A stretch of 64,000 nt of DNA, taken from the IMG/VR virus record IMGVR_UViG_3300033571_024432, positions 32,001 to 96,000 of that record, one strand, 5' to 3'. How positions within the stretch are numbered: the stretch's first letter is position 1; every line of letters starts with the position of its first letter. Origin of the DNA: a virus. This document shows positions 19,006 to 29,168 of this stretch, piece after piece. The position numbers and the translations under genes are program-made. The notes beneath the pieces are model-generated. The model saw nothing but the letters and a program-made list of their open reading frames with translations, was not told where the DNA came from and did not search any database.

Positions 19006-19650
19006 ATGTATCTTAATCTACCTTATACAAAAGTTTGGGTCAAACAAAGTTTTCTTCAAGGACCTGATAATTTTAAAACTGGACACGATCCTCATATGTT
19101 GGAGTCTTATTTAATTGGTGTGAGGGCAACACCTTATGAACCACCTTTATATGAGGTATATATACCAAAATATAACGCTTGTTATGACAAAGTTTTACAA
19201 AATGCAATTTTTGATAGAGATGAATCACCGCAAGAAGATATTTCCTTAACATATGTAGCGTGGTGGGATTGTATTTCAGATAATATTTTTTTATATCGCA
19301 AAAACCTCATGACAAATTGTCACGTGAGTATGCAGAATCGTCATAGTAAACATGTAGAAGGCCGATATTTATTTACTATAGATTTTAATAATCCTTATCA
19401 CCAGAGTGCTGTGCATATGGCTGAGAGTAAATTTTGGCAGGAACATAAATCAACGCATTATTTCTTTGATGAAAAAACAGGTGTATTATGTTGTGGCCCG
19501 AATAATAAGATGCGTTGGTTTCATAGTTCTTTAGGCACTAAAAATACTGAACGACCTCCTTTTCAGGTTTTTAATCCACCTGATCATTTTAGTCATGAAA
19601 TTAAAAAAAACATTGAATATTCAAATGAATTTGATTATCAAACAAAATAA
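19006..19650 (+). CDS. Conserved hypothetical phage protein
   Basis: WDC, GRYLFTID, EHK and PNN motifs recall a family I recognise from aquatic phages; function unknown. Confidence 0.6.
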   Translation: MYLNLPYTKVWVKQSFLQGPDNFKTGHDPHMLESYLIGVRATPYEPPLYEVYIPKYNACYDKVLQNAIFDRDESPQEDISLTYVAWWDCISDNIFLYRKNLMTNCHVSMQNRHSKHVEGRYLFTIDFNNPYHQSAVHMAESKFWQEHKSTHYFFDEKTGVLCCGPNNKMRWFHSSLGTKNTERPPFQVFNPPDHFSHEIKKNIEYSNEFDYQTK

Positions 19651-19695
19651 AAAATCAGATAAAAAGTTATGCTAACATTTAGTGTTAGATTATAA

Positions 19696-19724
19696 TTGTA
19701 ATAATGTAATAGATCAAGTAAGAT
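19696..19724 (+). promoter_or_regulatory. Probable promoter TTGTAA-N17-TAAGAT upstream of nrdB
   Basis: TTGTAA at 19696-19701 and TAAGAT at 19719-19724. Confidence 0.45.
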
Positions 19725-19764
19725 TTTATAATTAATAATATTAATAAAAAGTAAGAGAATAAAA

Positions 19765-20730
19765 ATGAGTTTAACAGAGAGTAATATTACATATAAGCCA
19801 TTTCAATATCCATGGGCAATGGAAATGGCTGAATCACATGAAAAGATTCATTGGGGAAGTTGGGAGGCAAAGTTACAGGAAGATGTTAATCAATGGAAAA
19901 GTGGTAAAATTTCACAATCTGAAAAAAATCATATTACACAAATTTTACGTCTTTTTACACAGTCTGATGTAGCAGTAGGCGGAAATTATTGTGATCTCTT
20001 TATACCTAAATTCAAGAATAACGAGATACGTTCTATGCTACTTTCTTTTGCAAACCGTGAAGGTACTCATCAACGTAGCTACGCCCTTCTAAATGATACG
20101 TTAGGTTTACCAGAAGAAGAGTATTCAGCTTTTTTATCATATCATCAATTAAAAGAAAAAATTGAATTTATGCAAAAAGCTGATGTTTCAACCAAAAAAG
20201 GCCTTGCATGTGCCTTGGCCCAATCAGCATGTAATGAAGGCATGTCACTTTTTAGCGCTTTTGTTATGTTATTAAATTATCAAAGATTTGGTAAGATGAA
20301 AGGTATGTGTGAGATTGTTGAATGGTCAATTAGAGACGAAACAATGCATGTGCAAGGTATGACGCAGCTATTTAGAGAATACGTAAAGGAAAATCCTAGA
20401 ATTGTAAATGATGAATTAAAGTCAGAAATTTATCGTATGTTTACAAATGCTGTTGATTTAGAAGATAAAGTGATTGATTTAGCTTATGATATGGGTGGGA
20501 CAGAAGGATTAACTTCTGATGAAGTGAAGGAATATATTAGGTATATTGCAGATAGAAGATTAATTCAATTAGGATTAAAACCTATTTTTAATATTAAAAC
20601 AAATCCATTATCTTGGTTGGACTGGATTATTAATGGAGATAGTTTTAAAAACTTTTTTGAGGGAGTTGTAACTGATTATAATGCTGATGGTATGTCTGGA
20701 AATACTTGGGGTTGGGATTTAATTAATTAA
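19765..20730 (+). CDS. nrdB: Ribonucleotide reductase beta subunit
   Basis: YKPFQYPWA, FTQSD, REGTHQRSY, EGMSLFSAF, RDETMH and NFFE. Confidence 0.93.
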   Translation: MSLTESNITYKPFQYPWAMEMAESHEKIHWGSWEAKLQEDVNQWKSGKISQSEKNHITQILRLFTQSDVAVGGNYCDLFIPKFKNNEIRSMLLSFANREGTHQRSYALLNDTLGLPEEEYSAFLSYHQLKEKIEFMQKADVSTKKGLACALAQSACNEGMSLFSAFVMLLNYQRFGKMKGMCEIVEWSIRDETMHVQGMTQLFREYVKENPRIVNDELKSEIYRMFTNAVDLEDKVIDLAYDMGGTEGLTSDEVKEYIRYIADRRLIQLGLKPIFNIKTNPLSWLDWIINGDSFKNFFEGVVTDYNADGMSGNTWGWDLIN

Positions 20731-20777
20731 TAAAATATAAAAAAAATAAATATATATAATAAAAAACAGGTATTTTT

Positions 20778-22418
20778 ATGATATTAAATGAAAAAAAATT
20801 AAATGAAATAATAAAAAAAGTTTTAAAGGAATCTAGATTTATTTTTGGTGATTATAAAGACGATCAAGGAAATTCTACAGATTTAAAAGCTGTTAATATA
20901 TCAAAAAAGTTGGGGAAACAATCAAACCCGCATGAAAGATGGACAAATCAGGATGAAAGAGAACAAATAATTGATGAAGTATATTCATTGGCAGGTCCAG
21001 ATGTATTTATTTCTTTTGTTGATCCATTTGAAAAAGGTGCAGATGGTTATTTAGCATCGCCTGCATTTAGTTTAAACCCGAATGCTACTTTTAATACACC
21101 TCATGGTATATATGCTTATCCTTTTGATAAAAACGATGCACAAAGATTTATAGAGACAGGTTCACCTACACCTTCTCCATTTGCTACAGGACGTAAATAT
21201 TTTCATTTAATGAGAATTGATTTAGCAAATCCAAATATAATTGTTTTTAATAAAGATGGAACATGTAATAGAAATATTAGTAATCAAGAATACGAGGCAA
21301 ATATCGACGAAATGATTAGAATGCATTATTTGTTTTTTAAAGATGAAATAATGAATTGTGTAATGAAATATGATCGTGAATATTGGCCACGTGGTGTTAA
21401 TAAGCAAACAGATAAAAATAAAAATGTTAAAATTGTTATTGATGAATATTATTTTAAAGATTCTAAAAAAGAAGAATTACAGAAATTTTTGAATAGTTTA
21501 AGATCTTCAACTAGAAGCATGTATATTGATAATAATTATTATAGACTTTATAAAGCAGCATACCATTTATCAAAAAATAAATATATGGGTGATTCATCAT
21601 CAGATGTAAATATTGATGCCAACTTAAATGTTAAATTTTCAAAAACAAGAGAGGTAAATTCTGAATTTTTTACATTGTTATTGAATAGGATTGGTATAAA
21701 GTGTGTTATCGATAAAGGAACAGGGGCAATACACCCAAATGAGCCAAGTCAAGTACATATTTTAACATTAGCAGATGATTCTTCTTATTATGAATATCTA
21801 GGTACATATCATAATAATTTAACAGCATCAGATGAATTGTTTTATTATTTCTTAAAAAATAATTTATCTGTTAATAAAAAATTTATTGCAATTGATAAAG
21901 ATAAAAAAATATTTGTTTGTGATATTACAAATGCTGAGGCAAAATTGGTAACATCAGTAGAACAATATATGGTTGAACACCCTGAGGATTTTGGACATCA
22001 TAAAATTAATAATGATGTTGATGTTGATGTTGATGTTGAAAATGAATATTCTAATGATCCTGATGTTATTCCATTAATAGATGAATGGGATGATGAAGAT
22101 TATGAAGATTATATTGAAACTTTCGGAATAAAGCCTACAAGAATGACAAAAAATCTAGAAAAAAAGTTCAAAAAAGAAAATTATCAAGAATTATATACAT
22201 TTTTTACTACAGAATTAGGATATCCACCAATTTTTATACCAGTCGATTGGAAAGAAATATCAAGCAAATTAAAAGTACCTTTATTGGTTTCTTTTGAGAA
22301 AAAAGTTAAAATATCTGCAATTTCAGGGTTAACATTTTTATTGAAAAAAATAGCTAAAAAATATTTTGGATATGAAAAAGTTTCGAACTCTTCTGATTCA
22401 AATGATGATGATTTTTAA
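20778..22418 (+). CDS. TPHGIY/HxNEPxQ family protein 1 (putative ADP-ribosyltransferase-like fold) with LxE leader
   Basis: GPDVFISFVDP, NATFNTPHGIYAYPFD and CVIDKGTGAIHPNEPSQ. Leader MILNEKKLNEIIKKVLKES. The paralogy is certain; the function is inferred. Confidence 0.55.
   Translation: MILNEKKLNEIIKKVLKESRFIFGDYKDDQGNSTDLKAVNISKKLGKQSNPHERWTNQDEREQIIDEVYSLAGPDVFISFVDPFEKGADGYLASPAFSLNPNATFNTPHGIYAYPFDKNDAQRFIETGSPTPSPFATGRKYFHLMRIDLANPNIIVFNKDGTCNRNISNQEYEANIDEMIRMHYLFFKDEIMNCVMKYDREYWPRGVNKQTDKNKNVKIVIDEYYFKDSKKEELQKFLNSLRSSTRSMYIDNNYYRLYKAAYHLSKNKYMGDSSSDVNIDANLNVKFSKTREVNSEFFTLLLNRIGIKCVIDKGTGAIHPNEPSQVHILTLADDSSYYEYLGTYHNNLTASDELFYYFLKNNLSVNKKFIAIDKDKKIFVCDITNAEAKLVTSVEQYMVEHPEDFGHHKINNDVDVDVDVENEYSNDPDVIPLIDEWDDEDYEDYIETFGIKPTRMTKNLEKKFKKENYQELYTFFTTELGYPPIFIPVDWKEISSKLKVPLLVSFEKKVKISAISGLTFLLKKIAKKYFGYEKVSNSSDSNDDDF
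21081..21129 (+). repeat. 49-nt perfect repeat, copy 1 (copy 2 at 22795-22843)
   Basis: AATGCTACTTTTAATACACCTCATGGTATATATGCTTATCCTTTTGATA is identical in both paralogues. Confidence 0.85.
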
Positions 22419-22461
22419 TTTTATTTAATATATATATATTAAAAAAAGTATATATTAAATT

Positions 22462-24294
22462 ATGATATTAACTAGAAACAAATTAAATAAAATAATAAAA
22501 AATAATTTAAAAGAAACCAGATTTATTTTCGGTGATTATGAAGAAGAAGATGTTGATTCTAATGATAAAAATTTAAAAAAATCAACAGGATTATCAGCAA
22601 AAAATATGTCTAAAAATATAGGTTCAAAATTAAATTTCATGAAATTTAATTCTAATGAAGAATCTAAAGAATTTATAAAAAATATCGCAGGACCTGATAC
22701 TTTTATTTCTTTTATAGACCCTTATGAAAAAGAAGACGCTGATTCTGATGATTCTGAATCTGCGATGAAGGTTCCGTCATTTAGTTTAAATCCAAATGCT
22801 ACTTTTAATACACCTCATGGTATATATGCTTATCCTTTTGATACTAAACACTGTGAAAAATTTATTATAACAGGACAACCTACAAATGCTGAATTTGCTA
22901 TTGCAAGACCTTATTTTCATTTAATTAGAATTGATTTAAATCACCCAAATGTAATTAGTTTTAATGCAGATGGTAGTAGTAATAAAAGTATAAATAGAAA
23001 TAAATATTTAAAAGAACTTAATGAACTTATAAGAGTTCATTGTAAATATTATAATAAAGATGAAAATGAAAAAGAAAATATTTCAGAATCAATTAATGAA
23101 AGGCTTAAAGAATCAATACATTTTCAATTAAGAGATCTAGGGATGAGTAATGATGAAAAATTTGACAAATTAAAAGAAAAATTTTTAAATAATCATTATT
23201 ATAAATTATATAAAGCAGCTTTTTATTTATGCTTTGAAAATGTTTTAAGAAAGTCATATGGATCTGAAGAAAAAAATTCAGAACTATATGCATTATTATT
23301 AAATGTAATTGGTATGAAATGTATTGTTGATAATAATACAGGTACAATACACGAAAATGAACCAACGCAAATGCACATTTTGACATTTGGCGAAAATGAT
23401 TCTTTTTATGAATACGTAGGTACATTTAAAAATAATATAAAAGCAAATGAAAAAGAATTATCAGATTATATTTCAAATTTAAAGTATACAGATATTGTAA
23501 AATTTTATTCAAAATTAGACGGTAGCAAATGTTTTGATAAAAATCTAATTGATACTATTTTTAATTTATATAAAAATGATGATGATATAATGTCATTGTT
23601 TGTAAAATTAATTTATGAAAAATTAATGACATTTTGTTTCGATACAGAAGAAAGAATAGATATTATTAATAAAATAATATCACAAGACTTTGTTAATTGG
23701 TTAGAAACTTCTGTAGTAAGTGCTAGTGGTATGAAAAATATAAAAAAATGGTTAGGTATAAACGAAGAAAATATATCAAACAAGTATACTTCTTTAAAAG
23801 ACTGGATATCATTATTTAAAGAAAAAAGTAAAAGTCAAATTACATTTTTATTACACGAACATGTATTAAACAAATTTGATGGTCTAGAAATATTAATAGC
23901 AGCAAGAAATATAGATTTAAAAACATTTTGTTTATTATATGAAATAATAATGTATGAACATGAATTTAATAAAAAAATAACCGAACAAGATAATGCAACA
24001 AAAACTTTCCTGCTTAATACATTAAGTAATATTGATATAGATATATTTAAAAATATAATTAAAGCAACAGATATCGATTTATTTAAAGAACAAAATACTA
24101 TAGAAATGTTTATAAATAAAAACATTAATGATCTAAAAAGAATTGATATATTTTTTAATTATATTTCAAATTCTTTACCTCATATGGAAGATAAAATTAA
24201 GCAATATATAAAAAATAAAGTTAAAAATAAAAATGAATCATTAAAAAAATTAAAAGCGTTAATTAGATATGAATTAAAAAATATATTACATTAA
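22462..24294 (+). CDS. TPHGIY/HxNEPxQ family protein 2 with LxE leader
   Basis: GPDTFISFIDP, TPHGIYAYPFD and CIVDNNTGTIHENEPTQ. Leader IIKNNLKET. Confidence 0.55.
   Translation: MILTRNKLNKIIKNNLKETRFIFGDYEEEDVDSNDKNLKKSTGLSAKNMSKNIGSKLNFMKFNSNEESKEFIKNIAGPDTFISFIDPYEKEDADSDDSESAMKVPSFSLNPNATFNTPHGIYAYPFDTKHCEKFIITGQPTNAEFAIARPYFHLIRIDLNHPNVISFNADGSSNKSINRNKYLKELNELIRVHCKYYNKDENEKENISESINERLKESIHFQLRDLGMSNDEKFDKLKEKFLNNHYYKLYKAAFYLCFENVLRKSYGSEEKNSELYALLLNVIGMKCIVDNNTGTIHENEPTQMHILTFGENDSFYEYVGTFKNNIKANEKELSDYISNLKYTDIVKFYSKLDGSKCFDKNLIDTIFNLYKNDDDIMSLFVKLIYEKLMTFCFDTEERIDIINKIISQDFVNWLETSVVSASGMKNIKKWLGINEENISNKYTSLKDWISLFKEKSKSQITFLLHEHVLNKFDGLEILIAARNIDLKTFCLLYEIIMYEHEFNKKITEQDNATKTFLLNTLSNIDIDIFKNIIKATDIDLFKEQNTIEMFINKNINDLKRIDIFFNYISNSLPHMEDKIKQYIKNKVKNKNESLKKLKALIRYELKNILH
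22795..22843 (+). repeat. 49-nt perfect repeat, copy 2
   Basis: Identical to 21081-21129. Confidence 0.85.
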
Positions 24295-25760
24295 TTATTC
24301 TTTGATTCATTAAATTTTTCTAAGTAATATTGATATATTTCGTTTGTAATATTTTCAGTTGATTCTTTTTCTAAATCAATATTTCTTTCATTAACTATTT
24401 TTTTAAAATTTTTTAATAAAGAAATAGAAGGTTTAGACTTTTTACTATTGTCTAGTTTTAAAAATTTCCTAAAATCATACATTTTATTATTTGAGTTTGA
24501 TATATTTTTTAAAAATGTTATATCATTATTAATTTTTACTATTTTTTTTCTATCATTCATTAGTGGTAATTTATTCTTTCTACAAAAACTTTCCAAGTTT
24601 TGTAGAAAATATATAAAAACATCAATAATTTGATCTGTAATTTCAGTAGGATCTGTTCCACCATGAGCTTTTTTTAATTTTTCAATAAATGATTGATAAT
24701 TATTAATAATATTATCAACTTCTGGAATATCGCCAGATTGATAATCAAAAACGTATAATTTTCTACTTTCAATCCAATTTGAATTTGGTACAATTAAATG
24801 TTTATTAAAATATGCATCTGCAATTGACCAAGCGATAAAAGATCCTATAAATTTTAATACAGGAATGAAAAGCACCTCATTTAATTTATTTGTTTTTTTA
24901 TAAGATTTGACATATGATTCGGTATATGGAATAAAACCCTTTACTTTATTTGGAAGCACTTCCTCGGCAACGTCAATAGGTTTAAAAGCATCTTTAACTT
25001 TATTTTTAATAAAAGATCCTATTTTTTTAGTTTGATTTTTAGCTACACCTGGTGATACTAGACTTGTTACGGCTGTAAATCCATCTCCTTCATCACCTTC
25101 AAAATAATCTATCCAATCTTCATCGCCTGTATAATAAGATTTTTGTTTAGAAATATATAAACTACTTCCTTCTTCATTAATAACATCAGAAATTGCATGA
25201 CGTATATATTCAGATTCTGAATTATCTAACATTATACATATTTTCTTTTTATTTCCATTTAATAATATTTTAAATTTAGATGTTAGAATTAATTCATTAT
25301 ATTCTTTTTGTTTATTATTATCAATTTTATCGCCATTTGATATAGATTTAAAAAATTTAGTATATTTTTGATAATTATCTATAGGTATTTGTTTCCATTC
25401 AGTAAAATATTTTTTTAAATTTTCATCATCTTGAGACAATTTTTCAAAACCAGATAACTTAGCAATACTTTTATTAATTTCTTTTTTAATATTTGTGTTA
25501 AAAAAAGGTAAATTATCTGTAAGAGATTTTTTTTGATTATATAATTTTTGTACAGAACTCATAATTTGATTATTTGTAATAATCTTATAACATTTTTCAT
25601 AAAATAAATTTAGTACGTCGTCTCCTATAGTTGAATCATCTTCTTGTCCTTCTTTCTCGTCATATGAATCTTCTAAATTATTTTGATTAAGCTCTTTTAA
25701 AATTTTTTCTATAATTATTTTTTTTATTTGACTTTCATTAATAATTTTTATATCACTCAT
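24291..25760 (-). CDS. Hypothetical protein with LxE leader and an internal LNE site
   Basis: MSDIKIINESQIKKIIIEKILKE; internal KLNE followed by hydrophobic VLFIPVLKFIGSFIAWSIA. Confidence 0.65.
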   Translation of the reverse strand: MSDIKIINESQIKKIIIEKILKELNQNNLEDSYDEKEGQEDDSTIGDDVLNLFYEKCYKIITNNQIMSSVQKLYNQKKSLTDNLPFFNTNIKKEINKSIAKLSGFEKLSQDDENLKKYFTEWKQIPIDNYQKYTKFFKSISNGDKIDNNKQKEYNELILTSKFKILLNGNKKKICIMLDNSESEYIRHAISDVINEEGSSLYISKQKSYYTGDEDWIDYFEGDEGDGFTAVTSLVSPGVAKNQTKKIGSFIKNKVKDAFKPIDVAEEVLPNKVKGFIPYTESYVKSYKKTNKLNEVLFIPVLKFIGSFIAWSIADAYFNKHLIVPNSNWIESRKLYVFDYQSGDIPEVDNIINNYQSFIEKLKKAHGGTDPTEITDQIIDVFIYFLQNLESFCRKNKLPLMNDRKKIVKINNDITFLKNISNSNNKMYDFRKFLKLDNSKKSKPSISLLKNFKKIVNERNIDLEKESTENITNEIYQYYLEKFNESKNN

Positions 25761-25875
25761 AAAACTTATATCCTATTTTTATATAAAATAAATATATTAT
25801 ACTTTTTTTTATTTATAAATTAAAATTGATTAATTTTCATTCTTAATCATAACAATAATTTTATTGAATTTATTT

Positions 25876-27282
25876 TTATTTTGATTGATTTAACTGTATA
25901 GTCTTTGTGTTTGGTTTATTTGAATTTGTTTGAAGTTGATTATTAGATGTTTTTTTAGCAGCTCTGTCTTTGAACATTTTTTCTAATGAAATATTGGCAG
26001 CGTCTTCTAACTCTGTTATTTTGCTTAATGCATCACTTACATTAATATTTGATTTAAGTACTTTATTTAAACCTTTTTCTTTTGCTTCTTGTAGGGATTT
26101 GTCTGTCCATTCTTTATCACTGTCAGCAATGCAATATAGGTATCTAAATAATGTTCTTGATATGACAATATATTGTGATACTTTAAACATTTGATTGCCA
26201 TAAAAAGCAGCTAAATATTTTCCTAAATTATTAACATTTTTTAACTTATCTATAGTGGGTTGAAGTTTATCACTATTTTTATCGTTATTATACAAACCCA
26301 CAAGTATTTCGTTTTGCGGATTTGTTAAATAATCAGTAATTTTTGAAATTAAATCTTTATTTTCTGTAATTGGACCAAATTTTTTAATTCCTTTTTTAGC
26401 CAAAATTTGTTCAAATTTTTTAGTAGATTTAGAAGTGTCTTGTAAAGCATTCATTAATTGTGGATTTAACAAAATTTTTGCCAATTCAAAATAACCGCCA
26501 TTAAGTTGAGGGATTCTAAATAATACTGGCAATTCATTACTTTCAACTGTTACGTTATTTTGATTTTGATTTTGTGTTTGAGGATTATTATTAGCAATAT
26601 AATCTTTATTATTATTAACATATTCATCATCTAAATATTTGAATACAGCACTTACGTCAATTAATTTTTTGTAAAGGTCAGATTCAGTAAATATAATTAT
26701 TGCCTTAGCATCAAAAAAGTTTTTTTTCTCTGCACCGAATAACGTGACGGAATCATACTCAGTATAATAATTAACAAGATCAGAATCATATGTATATCCT
26801 TCAAATTGAGCAAATTTCTTTTGAAGTTCATCATATATATTATTATTTGACTTTTTAATCATTATTATTTTGTGCCTACCACCGTCAAAATGACTTGATT
26901 GAAGTTCGCTTGTTTTTAATATTAAAGTAGGATCAGCATCAAAAAGATTGCTTTTTGCATCTCCTTTAATTATATTATCACGATAAGATAAATTTTTGTT
27001 TGCAATATCATCATCCACTTTTAAGTAATTTTCAATTACTCCTGCAATTTCTTTATTCAAATAAACTGATTTGTCTGTATTACTTGAATTTAAGAATTCG
27101 TTTAATTGATTGTCTGTGCTATCTTGTTGTTGATCAGCGACTGAAGTCGCTGTGTCATCTTGCTCTTCCCCAACAACGTCATCAACTTCTTCCTCTTCTT
27201 TTAATAATTTTTTTTTATAATTTTCTATAAGCTTTGTTTTTATAATTTTTCTTATAACTGATTCGTTAATTCTTTTTAACAT
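25876..27282 (-). CDS. Hypothetical protein with LxE leader
   Basis: MLKRINESVIRKIIKTKLIENYKKKLLKEE followed by an acidic linker. Confidence 0.65.
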   Translation of the reverse strand: MLKRINESVIRKIIKTKLIENYKKKLLKEEEEVDDVVGEEQDDTATSVADQQQDSTDNQLNEFLNSSNTDKSVYLNKEIAGVIENYLKVDDDIANKNLSYRDNIIKGDAKSNLFDADPTLILKTSELQSSHFDGGRHKIIMIKKSNNNIYDELQKKFAQFEGYTYDSDLVNYYTEYDSVTLFGAEKKNFFDAKAIIIFTESDLYKKLIDVSAVFKYLDDEYVNNNKDYIANNNPQTQNQNQNNVTVESNELPVLFRIPQLNGGYFELAKILLNPQLMNALQDTSKSTKKFEQILAKKGIKKFGPITENKDLISKITDYLTNPQNEILVGLYNNDKNSDKLQPTIDKLKNVNNLGKYLAAFYGNQMFKVSQYIVISRTLFRYLYCIADSDKEWTDKSLQEAKEKGLNKVLKSNINVSDALSKITELEDAANISLEKMFKDRAAKKTSNNQLQTNSNKPNTKTIQLNQSK

Positions 27283-27386
27283 AAAAATCCTTTAAATTGT
27301 TTTAATAATAAATATATCTATGATTTAAATTTAGTTTATATAAAATAGATATATATTAATATTAAGAAGTATTTATGTGAGATGAT

Positions 27387-27836
27387 ATGATATATGTTAG
27401 AGTTGAAGATTTGTATTCTTTGATAAGAGAGAGTATATATGAAAATATGAATGTTGATCAGGAGTATTTGACTGAGACTGTATCTATGTGGTTGGATGAT
27501 GAGACTGATCATAAGATTGATGATACAGCTGAAAAGCATAATATGCCTCCTGGATCTTTAGCATCAATTTATCGAAAAGCATTGGCTAGATGGTTTAAAG
27601 TAAATAGATATGGAGATGGTAAAGATCAGCATTTACATGCGTTGAAAGATGTGCAAAATTTTATATATAATAAAGATGAGTTTAGATCAAAACATCCTGT
27701 TGAGTGGAATCGTGTGAAAAAGTTTAGGAAGAAGAAGATATCTGATGATTTTGCACACAATATTGAGATGCGAAAGAAGCGATTGCAGAGATTGAAGATG
27801 AAAAAAATGCGTCAGCGTATGTTAGATAATTCATAG
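27387..27836 (+). CDS. DUF5824-like protein with LxE leader and basic tail
   Basis: AEKHNMPPGSLASIYRKALARW...HALKDVQNFI resembles the KA..G...L..VY.RG.AAW...WA.ARVNSF family. Leader LIRES. Confidence 0.45.
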   Translation: MIYVRVEDLYSLIRESIYENMNVDQEYLTETVSMWLDDETDHKIDDTAEKHNMPPGSLASIYRKALARWFKVNRYGDGKDQHLHALKDVQNFIYNKDEFRSKHPVEWNRVKKFRKKKISDDFAHNIEMRKKRLQRLKMKKMRQRMLDNS

Positions 27837-27847
27837 AAAATATAAAA

Positions 27848-27876
27848 TAGTAAAAGTATATTTTATTTATTATAAT
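27848..27876 (+). promoter_or_regulatory. Probable promoter TAGTAA-N17-TATAAT upstream of the clp pair
   Basis: TAGTAA at 27848-27853 and TATAAT at 27871-27876. Confidence 0.55.
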
Positions 27877-27916
27877 AGTATTATAAGTTTTATTTTATAG
27901 ATTTATTAGAAAGAAA

Positions 27917-28561
27917 ATGAATATGAATTGTATTTATAATGTTTCTCCTAATTTAAAAGTTGTTGAATTGAGACAAGATCCGTTGATGATAAATATTACA
28001 ACGATTGATGAAGAAACAGCAGCTGAATTTAGAGATGCCATGTCCATGGCACATAATTCAGGACAAGAAGTTATTCCTATTATTATTGATAGTTATGGTG
28101 GTAATGTTCATAGTTTGTTATCTATGGTTGATTGTATTGTTGAATCTAAGCGAAAAGTTGCTACGATTGTAATAGGTAAAGCATTAGGTTGTGCTTCTAT
28201 TTTGGCTGCTATGGGAAACAAAGGTTTACGTTTTGTATCTCCTAATGCATCATTAATGTTAAATAATGTAAGTAAAGAAAGTTGGGGTAAAACTGGTGAT
28301 TTTAAACCTGATAGTAGAGAAGTTGAAAGATTATATAAACTTGTATGTAAAATGCTTGACAAAAATTGTGATAAAGAAGAAGGATATTTTGAATCACTTA
28401 TCAAAGATAAAGGTGGTTGTGATTGGTATTTTGAAGCTTCTGATGCTGTTGATTATAACTTGATTGATCATATTAAACTGCCATGGATGGAAGTAAATAT
28501 ACAACCTGAATATCAATTTGATAATATTAAATATAAGGAGAATGTCAATGAAATTGATTAG
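27917..28561 (+). CDS. ClpP-like subunit lacking catalytic Ser and His (ClpR-like)
   Basis: IDSYGG is present, but GKALGCA has Gly at the Ser nucleophile position and MLNN has Asn at the catalytic His position. Confidence 0.8.
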   Translation: MNMNCIYNVSPNLKVVELRQDPLMINITTIDEETAAEFRDAMSMAHNSGQEVIPIIIDSYGGNVHSLLSMVDCIVESKRKVATIVIGKALGCASILAAMGNKGLRFVSPNASLMLNNVSKESWGKTGDFKPDSREVERLYKLVCKMLDKNCDKEEGYFESLIKDKGGCDWYFEASDAVDYNLIDHIKLPWMEVNIQPEYQFDNIKYKENVNEID

Positions 28562-29156
28562 AAATATTTCTAAAAAGATTAAAGAATTAGAGATGAGATT
28601 GGCGCCTGTTATAATTTGTGTTAATGATTTTACAGAAGAGAATGCAAATCAATTTATTAAAGAAATTGGATTAGCACATAACACTGGACAGCCTATTATT
28701 CCTGTTGTAATTGATAGTTATGGCGGTGATGTATATTCATTAGGTCGTATGATTGATGCTATTAAAAATGCAACTTTACCTGTTGCGACTATAGTTGAAG
28801 GAAAAGCAATGAGTTGTGGAGCTATTCTGATGACATATGGAACCAAAGGATATCGTTATTGTAATCAAGATGCAACAGTTATGATGCATGATATTAGTGC
28901 TTCATCTTATGGTAAAATTGAAGAAATACGTAGTTCATTACAAGAAGTTGATAGATTACAAAGTAAAATTTTAGCAGAAGTTGATAGAAATTGTTGTCAG
29001 GAAAAAGGTTATTTTAATAAAAATATTCATGATAAAGGTCGAGCAGATTGGTTTATTAATCCTGATGAAGCTCTTGCGATAGGTATGTGTGATAAATTAG
29101 GAAATCCTAATTTAAATATTGATTTTAAAGTTGACATTTCGTTTAAATTTGATTGA
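28548..29156 (+). CDS. clpP: ClpP protease subunit with intact catalytic triad
   Basis: IDSYGG, GKAMSCGA (Ser), MMHD (His), ADWF (Asp) and EAL..GMCD. The start at 28548 follows an AAGGAG RBS. Confidence 0.85.
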   Translation: MKLIRNISKKIKELEMRLAPVIICVNDFTEENANQFIKEIGLAHNTGQPIIPVVIDSYGGDVYSLGRMIDAIKNATLPVATIVEGKAMSCGAILMTYGTKGYRYCNQDATVMMHDISASSYGKIEEIRSSLQEVDRLQSKILAEVDRNCCQEKGYFNKNIHDKGRADWFINPDEALAIGMCDKLGNPNLNIDFKVDISFKFD

Positions 29157-29168
29157 AAGAAAAAAAAT

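Noticed and set aside
20778-24294. Diversity-generating retroelement behind the repeated paralogue segments
   Set aside because: No reverse transcriptase is present, and the shared tract is perfectly identical rather than differing at adenines.
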